DNA from: an uncultured Desulfobacteraceae bacterium
Lineage (GTDB): Bacteria > Desulfobacterota > DSM-4660 > Desulfatiglandales > Desulfatiglandaceae
Assembly (NCBI GenBank): GCA_964423495.1
Contig: CAYRFN010000001.1
Span: forward strand, 17,902-81,901
Length of the DNA stretch: 64,000 nt
Direction: 5' to 3'
Shown here: piece after piece, positions 46,346 through 55,917 of the stretch
Layout of the letters: every line of letters begins with the position of its first letter
Position numbering within the stretch: position 1 is the first letter of the stretch
Program-made: the position numbers and the translations under genes
Notes under the pieces: generated by a model
What the model saw: the letters and a program-made list of their open reading frames with translations, nothing else
Database searches by the model: none
Told to the model about the DNA's origin: nothing

Positions 46346-47381
46346 AGTTGCTGCACTGACGTCCGGGAAAAATGTCCCTTCAACCCGCTTCCGAGTTCGC
46401 CAACATATCGAGCCGTTAAGAAAAGCAGGTATCAATGTCCGTGAATACATACCGATCATAGATAAGTATGCCCATCCTCCTATACTGTCCGGATGTCGCC
46501 CTATAAGGTTAATATGGAAGGGTGTAAAGATTATAACTAGGGCTCCCGGACTTATTGGAAGTTGGAAGGCTGGAGTTACTTGGCTTGAACGAGAGATGCA
46601 TCCCGGCTGCCTCACCTTTGAGCCTTTTTTAAAGCGACCGTATGTATTTGATGTGGATGATGCAATCTGGCTGACACCCCCTTTTGGGCGTAGGGCCTCG
46701 ATCAGCATTGCGAGGAACGCTGAGTGTGTACTGGCTGGAAACAGCTATATAGCAGAATGGTTTGGTTCTTATGCAAAGGATGTTAGGATCGTCCATACTG
46801 CAGTGGACACGCATCGAATTAAGCCACGCAATCACCGGAGGTCAGAAAGTACAGGAAGAGCTTTTACGATTGGTTGGACTGGGACAAGCAGTAATTACAC
46901 TTATCTCTATGAAATCGAAGGCCCTTTGGAACAATTTCTAAAGACCCATAATGCAAAATTCTTGGTCATGGCCGATGAACCTCCAAAATTTCGGAGGCTT
47001 CACCCGAATCAGGTTAGGTATATCAAGTGGTCTCCGGAGATAGAGGTTGAAGTGTTGGCTCAGATGGACGTCGGCCTTATGCCGCTTCCTTCTACTGAGT
47101 GGAGTATGGGCAAGTGTAGCTTCAAGATGCTTCAGTATATGGCCTCTGGTGTGCCTGTTGTAGTATCACCCATTGGCATGAACGCTGATGTTTTGTCTAT
47201 GGGCCAAGTTGGATTTCCAGCGGAGAGTCATGCAGATTGGTATGAAGCGTTAGTGAGTTTTTTTAAAGATCCTTTCTTAAGTTACAAGTGTGGAGAAACA
47301 GGCCGCTTAATTGTGGAAAGGTACTTCAGTCGTACTGTGGTTTTAAATACTCTGATAGGCATATTTAAGGAATTTGCTTAA
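46338..47381 (+). CDS. GT-B fold glycosyltransferase (GT4-like)
   Basis: C-terminal KMLQYMASGVPVVVSPIG. The gene overlaps the previous gene by 8 nt. Confidence 0.65.
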   Translation: MIKVAALTSGKNVPSTRFRVRQHIEPLRKAGINVREYIPIIDKYAHPPILSGCRPIRLIWKGVKIITRAPGLIGSWKAGVTWLEREMHPGCLTFEPFLKRPYVFDVDDAIWLTPPFGRRASISIARNAECVLAGNSYIAEWFGSYAKDVRIVHTAVDTHRIKPRNHRRSESTGRAFTIGWTGTSSNYTYLYEIEGPLEQFLKTHNAKFLVMADEPPKFRRLHPNQVRYIKWSPEIEVEVLAQMDVGLMPLPSTEWSMGKCSFKMLQYMASGVPVVVSPIGMNADVLSMGQVGFPAESHADWYEALVSFFKDPFLSYKCGETGRLIVERYFSRTVVLNTLIGIFKEFA

Positions 47382-47415
47382 TGTACGGTAAATTCTATAT
47401 AAAAAAGCAGCGTTT

Positions 47416-48582
47416 ATGTGTACCAAAAGACTAAATATCCTTTTTGTGATCGGTTCTCTTGAGATCGGCGGGGCTGAAAAGCAGATGTTTATATTGGCAA
47501 GTCGTCTTATGCGCATCGGTTTTTCATGCTCTGTTTTTGCTCTTAAGGCAGATGGGCCTCTTCGGCAAGGGTTGGAAGACATAGATGTTCCGGTATATTG
47601 TGGAGACCTGACAAAAAGAGATCTTAGGAAGGTACCATGGAAACTTGTGTTGTCATTATATAGACTATTGTTGGTGATCAAAAGAAAACGACCAACAATT
47701 GTTCATGCCCTTCTGCCTTTAGTTGTATTTATGGGGGCCCTGGCAGGACGTATTATTAAGGTACCAATGGTCATTACAAGCCGTCGTGCACTCGGAAGCC
47801 ATCAAGACAGGTATTTCATTCTGAAAATATTGGATCATTTTGCAAATGTATTAAGCCACCGTGTGATCGTCAATTCAAGAGCTGTATGGAAGGATATGGT
47901 AGAACGGGATCATATCAATGAATCCAAGCTTTATCTCATATATAATGGTATTGATCCGGTACCTTTTGAGAAGGCCTTTCAGAATCGGAAAAATGGCCGC
48001 AAAGAACTGGGGATTGAGGCAAATGAAAGAGTTGTCATCGTTGTTGCTAATCTCATCAAGTATAAAGGGCATTCGGATTTTTTAAAGGCGGCAAAAAAAG
48101 TTATGGATAAAATCCCCCAGACTATATTTTTACTTGTGGGCGAAGACAGGAAAATCAAGAAAAATCTGGAACGGGAATGCCATGAATTAGGAATCACAGG
48201 TCGGGTCAAGTTTATGGGTAAACGAAATGATATCCCACAATTGATGGCTGCAAGTGATATTTCAGTGCTCCCATCCCACGAGGAAGGGTTTTCTAATACT
48301 ATTCTTGAATCCATGGCTGCTAGGTTGCCTGTTGTTGCCACGTGTGTTGGAGGGAATCCAGAGGCAGTGGTTGATGGCGTGACTGGTTGGTTGGTGCCTC
48401 CAAAGAATCCAAAGGTCATGGCTGAGAAGATTATCGACCTTTTGAGTGATTTAAAAAGGGCAAGAATTTGGGGAGAAAGAGGTAGAAAGAGGGTAAAAAA
48501 GTATTTTAATGCAGAAAGGATGGTGCAAGAACACCTGAAACTTTATCAAAATAGAATTAACTCATTCGGGGTCAGGGAGTAA
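47416..48582 (+). CDS. GT4-family glycosyltransferase
   Basis: GGAEKQ at the N-terminus and SHEEGFSNTILESMAARLPVVATCVGGNPE. Confidence 0.85.
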   Translation: MCTKRLNILFVIGSLEIGGAEKQMFILASRLMRIGFSCSVFALKADGPLRQGLEDIDVPVYCGDLTKRDLRKVPWKLVLSLYRLLLVIKRKRPTIVHALLPLVVFMGALAGRIIKVPMVITSRRALGSHQDRYFILKILDHFANVLSHRVIVNSRAVWKDMVERDHINESKLYLIYNGIDPVPFEKAFQNRKNGRKELGIEANERVVIVVANLIKYKGHSDFLKAAKKVMDKIPQTIFLLVGEDRKIKKNLERECHELGITGRVKFMGKRNDIPQLMAASDISVLPSHEEGFSNTILESMAARLPVVATCVGGNPEAVVDGVTGWLVPPKNPKVMAEKIIDLLSDLKRARIWGERGRKRVKKYFNAERMVQEHLKLYQNRINSFGVRE

Positions 48583-48603
48583 GAATATTAGCAGAGTTTG
48601 ATT

Positions 48604-50553
48604 ATGTGCGGCATTGTTGGTTTTATAACAAATCAAGATTTTGAGTTGTATCGAGAGAATCTTAAGGAAGCGGTTTCTCGACTCGCTCATAGGGGCCCGG
48701 ATGATGAGGGCCTTTTTTTTAGCAAAGTGGCCGGTGTAGGTATGGGACACAGACGACTATCGGTAATTGATCTGTCCCCAGCAGGACATCAGCCCATGTC
48801 AAGTGACGATGGAAAGGTGCAAATCGTCCATAATGGTGAGATCTATAATTTTAAAGAAATACGTAATATTTTAGAAGGGTGTGGGCATATCTTCCATAGC
48901 AATACAGATACTGAAGTAGCCCTTAAGGCCTATCTTCATTGGGGAGTTGATTGTCTCCAAAGATTTGTGGGCATGTTTGCCCTTGTATTTTGGGATAGCC
49001 GTAATAGATGCCTCTTTCTGGCAAGAGATCGATTGGGAATTAAGCCTTTATATTATTATTTTCGCGAAAAAACTTTTATTTTTGCTTCGGAATTAAAGGC
49101 ACTCTTGGCATTCAAGAATTTTGAAAGAGAAATAGACCCGGATGCTATCCCGCTTTTCCTTCACTATCAGTACGTGCCTGCACCAAGGACAATATTTAAG
49201 AATACACATAAACTTCTTCCCGGCCAATATCTGATCTATGATGGTCGAGATCTGAGCAGTCGTTTTTATTGGAGCTTTCCTGATAGAGTTGAAGATAAAA
49301 AATATTTCACGGTCCAGGAGGAGAATGAAATCCTTGATGAACTGGACCAACTGCTTACAAGGGCCGTGTCTGACCGTCTGGTCAGTGATGTGCCTTTGGG
49401 GGCGTTACTGAGTGGTGGAATTGACTCTTCAATGGTGGTGGCGCTAATGCAAAAAATTAACTCTACACCGATAAGGACATTCTGTATAGGTTTCATAGAA
49501 CCAGAATACAATGAAGCACCATGGGCTTCTAAGGTAGCCAACTATTTGGGAACAAAGCACACCGAGTTTTATGTCACTCCTAAAGATGCGATAGACGTCA
49601 TTCCCCACCTACCAGATATCTACGATGAACCCTTTGCTGATTCATCTGCCATTCCCACCTATTTGGTAAGCAGCCTTGCCCGATCTCAAGTGACTGTTGC
49701 TCTGTCTGGTGATGGGGGTGACGAACAATTCTCAGGATATGTTCGTTACTGGACAACCCAAGCCCTGGCGACAAGCTTCCAACGTCTTCCATCATCTATA
49801 AGAAGGTCCTTGGGAATGCTTTTAAAAATAATACCGACCCTTTGGGTCGAAAGATGCTATCTTCCCTGGCGGGAGTTACTCCCTCAACGATTCAGAGTAG
49901 CTAATTTCCCTGACAAATGGCAAAAATTGATTACTCTGATGGGCAAGACAGAGTTCCAAGAGCTTTACAGGATGACTATATGTCTTTGGTCAGAAGCGGA
50001 GCTATGCCTTATATTGGGTAAATCACTCCCAAAGAGCCAATATGAAGAGGTATTTTTACAGACTGAAGGATGGCCTCTTCTTTCCAGACTCATGCGTGTT
50101 GACCAAAAAACCTACCTTCCGAATGCCATGTTAACAAAAACGGATAGGGCCAGTATGGCCGTTAATCTTGAGGTTAGGGTGCCGCTTCTTGATCATCGTG
50201 TTGTGGAGTACACAACAAGGATTTCAGACAGCCTTAAATATAGAAACGGAAACGGAAAATATCTGTTGAGAAAGCTTCTGTCCCGGTATGTTCCATCCGA
50301 GCTTTTTGAAAGACCAAAAATGGGGTTTGGCGTTCCAATAGACAGATGGTTTCGAAATGAGCTAAAGGGCTTGCTCTTGGATTATCTTTCCCCAGAACGC
50401 CTGAGAAAAGAAGGAATATTTGATCAATATCTGGTTGAGGAGAAAATAAAAGAACACCTCTCAGGAAAAGCCAATCACCAATATCGCCTTTGGTCTCTTC
50501 TGATGTGGGAAATATGGCGGGAGCGTTGGCTGGATAGGAGTGTTGGAAAATAG
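48604..50553 (+). CDS. asnB: Asparagine synthase (glutamine-hydrolysing) family amidotransferase, second copy
   Basis: MCGIVGF and SGGIDSS. The start is set at ATG 48604 so that Cys is residue 2. Confidence 0.9.
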   Translation: MCGIVGFITNQDFELYRENLKEAVSRLAHRGPDDEGLFFSKVAGVGMGHRRLSVIDLSPAGHQPMSSDDGKVQIVHNGEIYNFKEIRNILEGCGHIFHSNTDTEVALKAYLHWGVDCLQRFVGMFALVFWDSRNRCLFLARDRLGIKPLYYYFREKTFIFASELKALLAFKNFEREIDPDAIPLFLHYQYVPAPRTIFKNTHKLLPGQYLIYDGRDLSSRFYWSFPDRVEDKKYFTVQEENEILDELDQLLTRAVSDRLVSDVPLGALLSGGIDSSMVVALMQKINSTPIRTFCIGFIEPEYNEAPWASKVANYLGTKHTEFYVTPKDAIDVIPHLPDIYDEPFADSSAIPTYLVSSLARSQVTVALSGDGGDEQFSGYVRYWTTQALATSFQRLPSSIRRSLGMLLKIIPTLWVERCYLPWRELLPQRFRVANFPDKWQKLITLMGKTEFQELYRMTICLWSEAELCLILGKSLPKSQYEEVFLQTEGWPLLSRLMRVDQKTYLPNAMLTKTDRASMAVNLEVRVPLLDHRVVEYTTRISDSLKYRNGNGKYLLRKLLSRYVPSELFERPKMGFGVPIDRWFRNELKGLLLDYLSPERLRKEGIFDQYLVEEKIKEHLSGKANHQYRLWSLLMWEIWRERWLDRSVGK

Positions 50554-50554
50554 A

Positions 50555-51697
50555 ATGAGTTTGACCCTTTATAGATACATTTTTAACGAGATATGGCCTT
50601 CCTTTTTGGCGAGCCTATTTGTTTCTGTCTTCATCGTCGTGGCCACAAAAATGCTATCCATCACCGAATTGATAGTAACCCAAGGGGTTCGCGGATCCCA
50701 GGTCATTGGGATGATTATTTATTTATTACCTGATATCATTTCATTTGCCTTGCCAGCAGCTACCCTTATTGCCGTTGTGGTGGCCTTTTTACGTTTATCT
50801 GGTGATAGCGAAATCATTGCCTTAAAGTCATCTGGTGTAAGCCTTTATCAGATGTTGCCACCGGTAGTCATGGTCTCTTTTTTGGGTTTTTTATTTGCAG
50901 GCATGATTGGCGTTATAGCAGTCCCTTGGGGAAACCGATCTTTTAAAGATTTAATTTTTAAAATCGCTGAATCAAAGGCCGATTTAGGGATAAAAGAGCG
51001 AATTTTCAGTGAGCCCTTTGAAAATGTTGTATTTTATGTTAACAGTTTTTCTACACCAGGAAGGGTGATGAAGGATGTTTTTGTGGTTGATAGGCGCGAT
51101 AAAGATGTCACAAATACAATTGTTGCTAAAGAGGCACATATGTTTTTTTATCCTGAACAAAGAGTCATTACACTCCGTTTTAGGAAGGGCACTATCTTTT
51201 TCGTTGAGAAAAATCTGCAATCAGGCAGGACCATAGAATTTGATAGCTATGACCTCAATATTGGTTTGAAAGATATAATAGCTGCACTTGCATCAAGGGA
51301 AAAAGCACCAAAAGAAATGGCAGTGGGCGAATTAATGGATCAAATTAGTACGGTTCCAAGAGGGGAAACGAGACACAACGAGATAATGATAGAACTTTTG
51401 GAAAAATGTTCAATCCCATTAGCAGTATTTTTAATGGGAATTATCGGGGTGCCCTTGGGCGCACACATGAGGGCCAAAGGTAGGACTGCGGGTGTAGGTG
51501 TTAGTTTGCTTGTTTTTGTCATTTATTACATGTGCCTTGCAGGAGTGAGGAATATATGTGAGACGGGGGTTATTTCCCCAATAATTGGTGTGTGGATTCC
51601 AGATATTTTTTTGTTTATATCGTGCATTTATCTGTTGCGAAGGGTTGCAAATGAGCGCTCTTTAGGTTTTCTATTCAGTTCTGTCCCTAAATCATAG
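50555..51697 (+). CDS. LptF/LptG (YjgP/YjgQ) family permease
   Basis: MSLTLYRYIFNEIWPSFLASLF, six TM helices with a large periplasmic insert. ATG 50555 follows the asnB stop by 1 nt. Confidence 0.8.
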   Translation: MSLTLYRYIFNEIWPSFLASLFVSVFIVVATKMLSITELIVTQGVRGSQVIGMIIYLLPDIISFALPAATLIAVVVAFLRLSGDSEIIALKSSGVSLYQMLPPVVMVSFLGFLFAGMIGVIAVPWGNRSFKDLIFKIAESKADLGIKERIFSEPFENVVFYVNSFSTPGRVMKDVFVVDRRDKDVTNTIVAKEAHMFFYPEQRVITLRFRKGTIFFVEKNLQSGRTIEFDSYDLNIGLKDIIAALASREKAPKEMAVGELMDQISTVPRGETRHNEIMIELLEKCSIPLAVFLMGIIGVPLGAHMRAKGRTAGVGVSLLVFVIYYMCLAGVRNICETGVISPIIGVWIPDIFLFISCIYLLRRVANERSLGFLFSSVPKS

Positions 51698-51719
51698 GAG
51701 ATTCAAGGCTCTTCCGTCT

Positions 51720-51735
51720 GGGCACGTCCTTTTCT
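51720..51735 (+). promoter_or_regulatory. Near-consensus sigma-54 -24/-12 element (imperfect)
   Basis: gGGCACGtcctTTtCT compared with TGGCACG-N4-TTGCW. There are mismatches at the first T and at the conserved -12 G. It lies 37 nt upstream of ATG 51772. Confidence 0.25.
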
Positions 51736-51771
51736 TAGGCAGATTAATCTGCGAAGAAGGTGGAAAAAAGA

Positions 51772-53601
51772 ATGACGCTTTATTTTTACCTTTCTATTTT
51801 TTGTGGGAGTTTTGCACTTTCAGTTATTTTAACACCGCTTGTGAGAAAGCTTGCAATTTCTTTAGGACAGGTGGCTGTGCCGAAAGAAACTCGATGGCAC
51901 CGAAAAGAAACCCCTCTTCTGGGCGGAGTCAGTATATTTACCGCCATGTTAGGGATTTGGGTTTTGACTTCCGGATTCATGGGTTGGTCTATCTATGGTG
52001 GCCCTTATCTTCCAATGATGCTGTGCGCTGGAGCAATCTTTGCTTTGGGTTTGGCGGATGATATATTTGGCATGGACCCCCAGCACAAGCTGGCAGTACA
52101 GATTGTCATTACATCCATCCTTGTGTTTTTCGGTTTCAGTTTTGAGTATACCGATTACAAAACAATCAATCTATTTTTGTCCATTTTATGGATAGTGGGG
52201 ATCACCAATGCATTCAACCTTTTGGACAACATGGATGGGCTGGCAGGCGGCATCGCTTTTATTGCTGGAGTCTTTCTATTTCTTTGCCTTTATCTAAACC
52301 CTACTTCTGGAACCAATGTGGTTCCGGTTCTTTTGATGAGCACAGCGTATCTTGGTGCAATTTTGGGTTTTTTAATATACAACTTCAACCCAGCGTCAAT
52401 TTTTATGGGTGATTCAGGGAGCCTATTCATCGGATTTGTACTGGCCTGTCTAACGATTATGGGAAACCCAACAAAGATTGAAGGAGGGGGGTTTGTTCAT
52501 CTGCTTTCGGTTATTGCGATTCCGATCCTAATTCTTTTCATTCCTATATTGGATACCGGCTTTGTAAGCCTTATGCGTAAGTTATTTCATCGGCCTATCT
52601 CACGGGGCGGACGGGATCATTCTTCACACCGTATGGTAGCCATTGGTTTCTCTGAGCGGAGAGCGGTCTTGGTGTTATATGCCTTCTCCGTGATATCCGG
52701 CCTAATCGCTCTTGCCATCAACAGTTTGACTGTCGGAACGAGCTTGGTCGTGATTGTGATTTATCTCCTTTTCATACTTTTTTTCTGGATCTATCTGGCG
52801 AAAGTCAAGGTTTATCCGGAGGATTCTATTATTTCCGAGCATGGTTCAAGCATTATTACTCCTATCCTTGTGGAGGTCACTTACAGAAGAAGGCTATTTG
52901 AGGTGCTTCTTGATTTTGTTTTGATCACATTGGCCTATTATGCAGCCTATCTTTTGCGCTTTGAAGGTGTCCTTGGGGGAAACTTTGATTTCTTTTTAAA
53001 GTCTTTGCCAATTATGATCGCCTGTCAGATCTTATCTTTTTATACCCTGGGTGTTTACCGAGGTATTTGGGAGAACACTGATATAAGAGACCTGATTAAC
53101 TACATAAAGGCAGTCACGGCAGGGACAGTTATACCCATGCTGATCTTTCTTTTCCTTTATCGTTTCTATAGCTTCTCCCGTGCTGTTTTTGTGATATATT
53201 GGTTTCTTATGATAATTTTAGTATCACTCTCCAGACTTTCTTTCCGTCTGTTTGACGAAGGCATAAAAAAAAGAAACCATAAAGGTAAGCGTACTCTAAT
53301 TTATGGGGCGGGGCTTGGCGGACAGATGGCAGTTAAAGAGATCGAAACTAATAGGGATCTCGGGCTGGCACTTGTAGGATTTATAGACGATAATCCCAGG
53401 ATTCACCGGAGCAGAATCCAAGGTTACCCCGTTTTCGGGGGGCAGAATGACCTGGGAGAGATCATAAAAAAATATCAAATCAAAGAGATAATTGTTTCTT
53501 TCAAGGAGTATGGTTCAGAGAAGAAAAAAGACATTAGAAATTTATGCCTTTCGATGGGTGTAGAAGTTGATGTAAAACAGATGAGGTTGATCATCAGTTA
53601 A
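51772..53601 (+). CDS. WecA/MraY-type polyprenyl-phosphate N-acetylhexosamine-1-phosphate transferase fused to a C-terminal 4-TM plus Rossmann-like module of the WbaP/CapD N-terminal type
   Basis: The PNPT motifs are NAFNLLDNMDGLAGG and FMGDSGSLFIG. The C-terminal half reads LIYGAGLGGQMAVKEI...LVGFIDDNP...IQGYPVFGG, with no further catalytic domain. Confidence 0.75.
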   Translation: MTLYFYLSIFCGSFALSVILTPLVRKLAISLGQVAVPKETRWHRKETPLLGGVSIFTAMLGIWVLTSGFMGWSIYGGPYLPMMLCAGAIFALGLADDIFGMDPQHKLAVQIVITSILVFFGFSFEYTDYKTINLFLSILWIVGITNAFNLLDNMDGLAGGIAFIAGVFLFLCLYLNPTSGTNVVPVLLMSTAYLGAILGFLIYNFNPASIFMGDSGSLFIGFVLACLTIMGNPTKIEGGGFVHLLSVIAIPILILFIPILDTGFVSLMRKLFHRPISRGGRDHSSHRMVAIGFSERRAVLVLYAFSVISGLIALAINSLTVGTSLVVIVIYLLFILFFWIYLAKVKVYPEDSIISEHGSSIITPILVEVTYRRRLFEVLLDFVLITLAYYAAYLLRFEGVLGGNFDFFLKSLPIMIACQILSFYTLGVYRGIWENTDIRDLINYIKAVTAGTVIPMLIFLFLYRFYSFSRAVFVIYWFLMIILVSLSRLSFRLFDEGIKKRNHKGKRTLIYGAGLGGQMAVKEIETNRDLGLALVGFIDDNPRIHRSRIQGYPVFGGQNDLGEIIKKYQIKEIIVSFKEYGSEKKKDIRNLCLSMGVEVDVKQMRLIIS

Positions 53602-53685
53602 GCGGTTAACATTTCAACTACGCAACTTTGGTTTGGTTGCGCCATGCGGGGCAGCTGAAAAATTCCTGTTAATAATATAAAAAAA

Positions 53686-53712
53686 GCCGGATTTTATTAA
53701 TCCGGCTTTTTT
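53686..53712. terminator. Bidirectional rho-independent terminator between convergent genes
   Basis: The stem gccggatt(53686-53693) pairs with aatccggc(53699-53706) around a 5-nt loop. It is flanked by an A-run upstream and TTTTTT 53707-53712 downstream. Confidence 0.9.
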
Positions 53713-53777
53713 GTTTGTTTTTCTAAATAACTACTAATATTTTTTTTCAAGAACATCAATGTCCTCTCAAAGCCTTA

Positions 53778-55142
53778 CTACTTATTCTCTCGCCAGCGAG
53801 GGTGGGTGATATCAAACTTTTTGATTTTGTAGTTCAAAGCGCGGGGGCTGATTCTCAAAAGCTTTGCCGCATCCTTCTGGACCCATAGAGCATCTTCAAG
53901 TGCCTTCAAGATTCTTTCTTTTTCGTGCAGTTCCAGAGGTTCGTGGGGATCAGCTGATATTTGAGTTTCCTTTGATTTAAATGGGTCCAACATAAAAATA
54001 TTTTCTTTTTGGATCACTGAATTTTCTTCGAGAATCACAGCCCTTTCAATGGTATTGGCAAGCTGTCGAATATTACCAGGCCAGTCATATGTCTTAATCC
54101 ACTCAATCACCTCTGGGGAGAAGCCAATAAGTTTCTTTGTTAAAGAGCGGCATATTTTCTCAAGGAGCATGTATGCTAAAGGTTCAATGCAGTCTTTCCT
54201 TTCCCGGATAGGGGGGATCCTTGCGAACAGGACATTTATTCGATAATAGAGATCTTCTCGGAATTTGCCAGCAGTTATTCGTTCTTCCAAGTTCCTGTTT
54301 GTAGCAGCAATGATTCGAACATCAGAATGGATAGTTCGATTACCTCCAACACGTTCAAAACATTTTTCCTCCAATACACGCAGTAATTTTGACTGGAGAG
54401 ATGAGCTTATCTCCCCGATCTCATCTAAGAATAGAGTTCCTCCACGAGCCTGTTCAAATCTACCAATCCGCAACTTGTCAGCACCGGTAAAAGCACCTTT
54501 TTCATGGCCAAACAATTCGCTTTCCAGGAGGGTCTCAGGAATGTTAGCACAATTAATTTTAATGAATGGTTTTTTTCGTCTTTGGCTATTAAAATGAATG
54601 GTTCCGGACAAAAAACTTTTCCCTGCACCTGTCTCACCGGTCATCAGGATAGTTGAGTCAGTCATTGAAAATCTTTTTAAGACTTTGATTATGTCTTTCA
54701 TTCCAGGACTAAATGCAATAATTCGATCAAAATCATAAATGACATCTTGCTCATGCCTTAAGTAATCAATCTCGTTTTTAAGGCCCCGATTTTCAACTGC
54801 CTGTTGGACAACATGCTGTATCCTTGACGCTGAAAATGGCTTGGAAACAAAATCAAAGGCCCCTTGCTTGATAGCCTTTACTACCAACTCGGCCTTTTCG
54901 GTTTGGCTTGTCATTATGACCGGAGTATATGGCATAGTTGAGTTGATCCAACTAAGCAGGTTAAATGGGTCTTCCTTTTCTATCTGCAGGTCAAGAATAA
55001 CCGCATCGTAGTGATCAGCCGTTATTTCCTTAAAGAAATCTTTTCCATTTGCCCAAAAATTGATTGAATATAAAGAGGTAAGGGCATCTGAAAGAAATCC
55101 TCTCCAGTTTTGGTCATTTTCTGAGATAAATATTTTTAGCAT
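53778..55142 (-). CDS. Sigma-54-dependent response regulator (NtrC family: REC, AAA+ and Fis-type HTH domains)
   Basis: The REC domain has the acceptor Asp in VILDLQI. The AAA+ domain has GETGAGKS, the GAFTGA loop and ESELFGHEKGAFTGA. The C-terminal HTH is AAKLLRISPRALNYKIKK. Confidence 0.9.
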   Translation of the reverse strand: MLKIFISENDQNWRGFLSDALTSLYSINFWANGKDFFKEITADHYDAVILDLQIEKEDPFNLLSWINSTMPYTPVIMTSQTEKAELVVKAIKQGAFDFVSKPFSASRIQHVVQQAVENRGLKNEIDYLRHEQDVIYDFDRIIAFSPGMKDIIKVLKRFSMTDSTILMTGETGAGKSFLSGTIHFNSQRRKKPFIKINCANIPETLLESELFGHEKGAFTGADKLRIGRFEQARGGTLFLDEIGEISSSLQSKLLRVLEEKCFERVGGNRTIHSDVRIIAATNRNLEERITAGKFREDLYYRINVLFARIPPIRERKDCIEPLAYMLLEKICRSLTKKLIGFSPEVIEWIKTYDWPGNIRQLANTIERAVILEENSVIQKENIFMLDPFKSKETQISADPHEPLELHEKERILKALEDALWVQKDAAKLLRISPRALNYKIKKFDITHPRWRENK

Positions 55143-55246
55143 AATCAGTAATTACTTACGGTTTAGGAATACATAAAGCTTTTTTGTTTTTGTAATATCA
55201 TTATATTTTATTCATGTAAACTATTCGTGTATCAAAGATTTGTTAT

Positions 55247-55879
55247 TTATTGGGTGATTTCTTCGGTTTGTTGCATTCTTCTAACTAAAATTACGTATTG
55301 GTGTTTATTTTTGAATAATATCGGTTGGATGTGATAATCATAATTTTGATTAGGATCAAGGTCCAAAACAACCCTTACCTTGGACTTTGGATATTCATGA
55401 AGACCAATCCTTATCTTTTGAATTGTATTGCCGTTAACCTTTATATGGCGGGCAATATCACTACCAAGACGTGCATCAAAAAAGTCGCATATTACCCTTG
55501 GCTTACCTTCTTTTGTAGGGAAGGTTTGGGGAGGATAATTGCCATTAAGGAAAAAAGTAACCATATCTTCGTCTTCCTGGGTCCTTGAAAATTGAATATC
55601 TTTAATTTCCTTAAATTTTTCTATTCTGGCTACTTGTGTCTGCGGTTCACTGAAAACGCTCTCCGGCATTTTTTCTTCTTTAACCTCCTTTTCTTCTGGT
55701 TTAGGTTTTACTTCCTGGCTGATCGATGGAGTTTCAATCTTTTGTGGTACGGGCATTTTAATAGGTTTTACTATTTTGATTGGCTGTACAGGAGGTAAAG
55801 GTTCTTCTTTCTTCGAACAGCTGTATAATAAGAAAAGGGCCAAGTAGAGGAAAATTATGATAATTGTTGAAGCTTTCAT
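55247..55879 (-). CDS. Lipoprotein with a Lys/Glu/Pro-rich linker and a C-terminal AMIN-like domain
   Basis: Signal peptide and lipobox (LLYSC). The C-terminal ...IRIGLHEYPKSKVRVVLDLD resembles an AMIN domain. Confidence 0.6.
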   Translation of the reverse strand: MKASTIIIIFLYLALFLLYSCSKKEEPLPPVQPIKIVKPIKMPVPQKIETPSISQEVKPKPEEKEVKEEKMPESVFSEPQTQVARIEKFKEIKDIQFSRTQEDEDMVTFFLNGNYPPQTFPTKEGKPRVICDFFDARLGSDIARHIKVNGNTIQKIRIGLHEYPKSKVRVVLDLDPNQNYDYHIQPILFKNKHQYVILVRRMQQTEEITQ

Positions 55880-55880
55880 A
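55551..55880 (-). repeat. Copy 1 of a diverged 330-bp direct repeat (5' third of the AMIN lipoprotein gene)
   Basis: It aligns colinearly with 57130-57459 (offset 1579), with runs of ~50 identical nt. Homology ends exactly at the ATG. Confidence 0.9.
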
Positions 55881-55917
55881 ATCGCTTAATACCTTTATTA
55901 GAAATAGAATAAAAATC

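Noticed and set aside
46220-46708. A 162-aa minus-strand ORF. Similar antisense ORFs lie at 47979-48419 and 59800-60357.
   Set aside because: All three lie antisense to well-supported plus-strand genes, have no recognisable motifs and have odd composition. They are treated as shadow ORFs.
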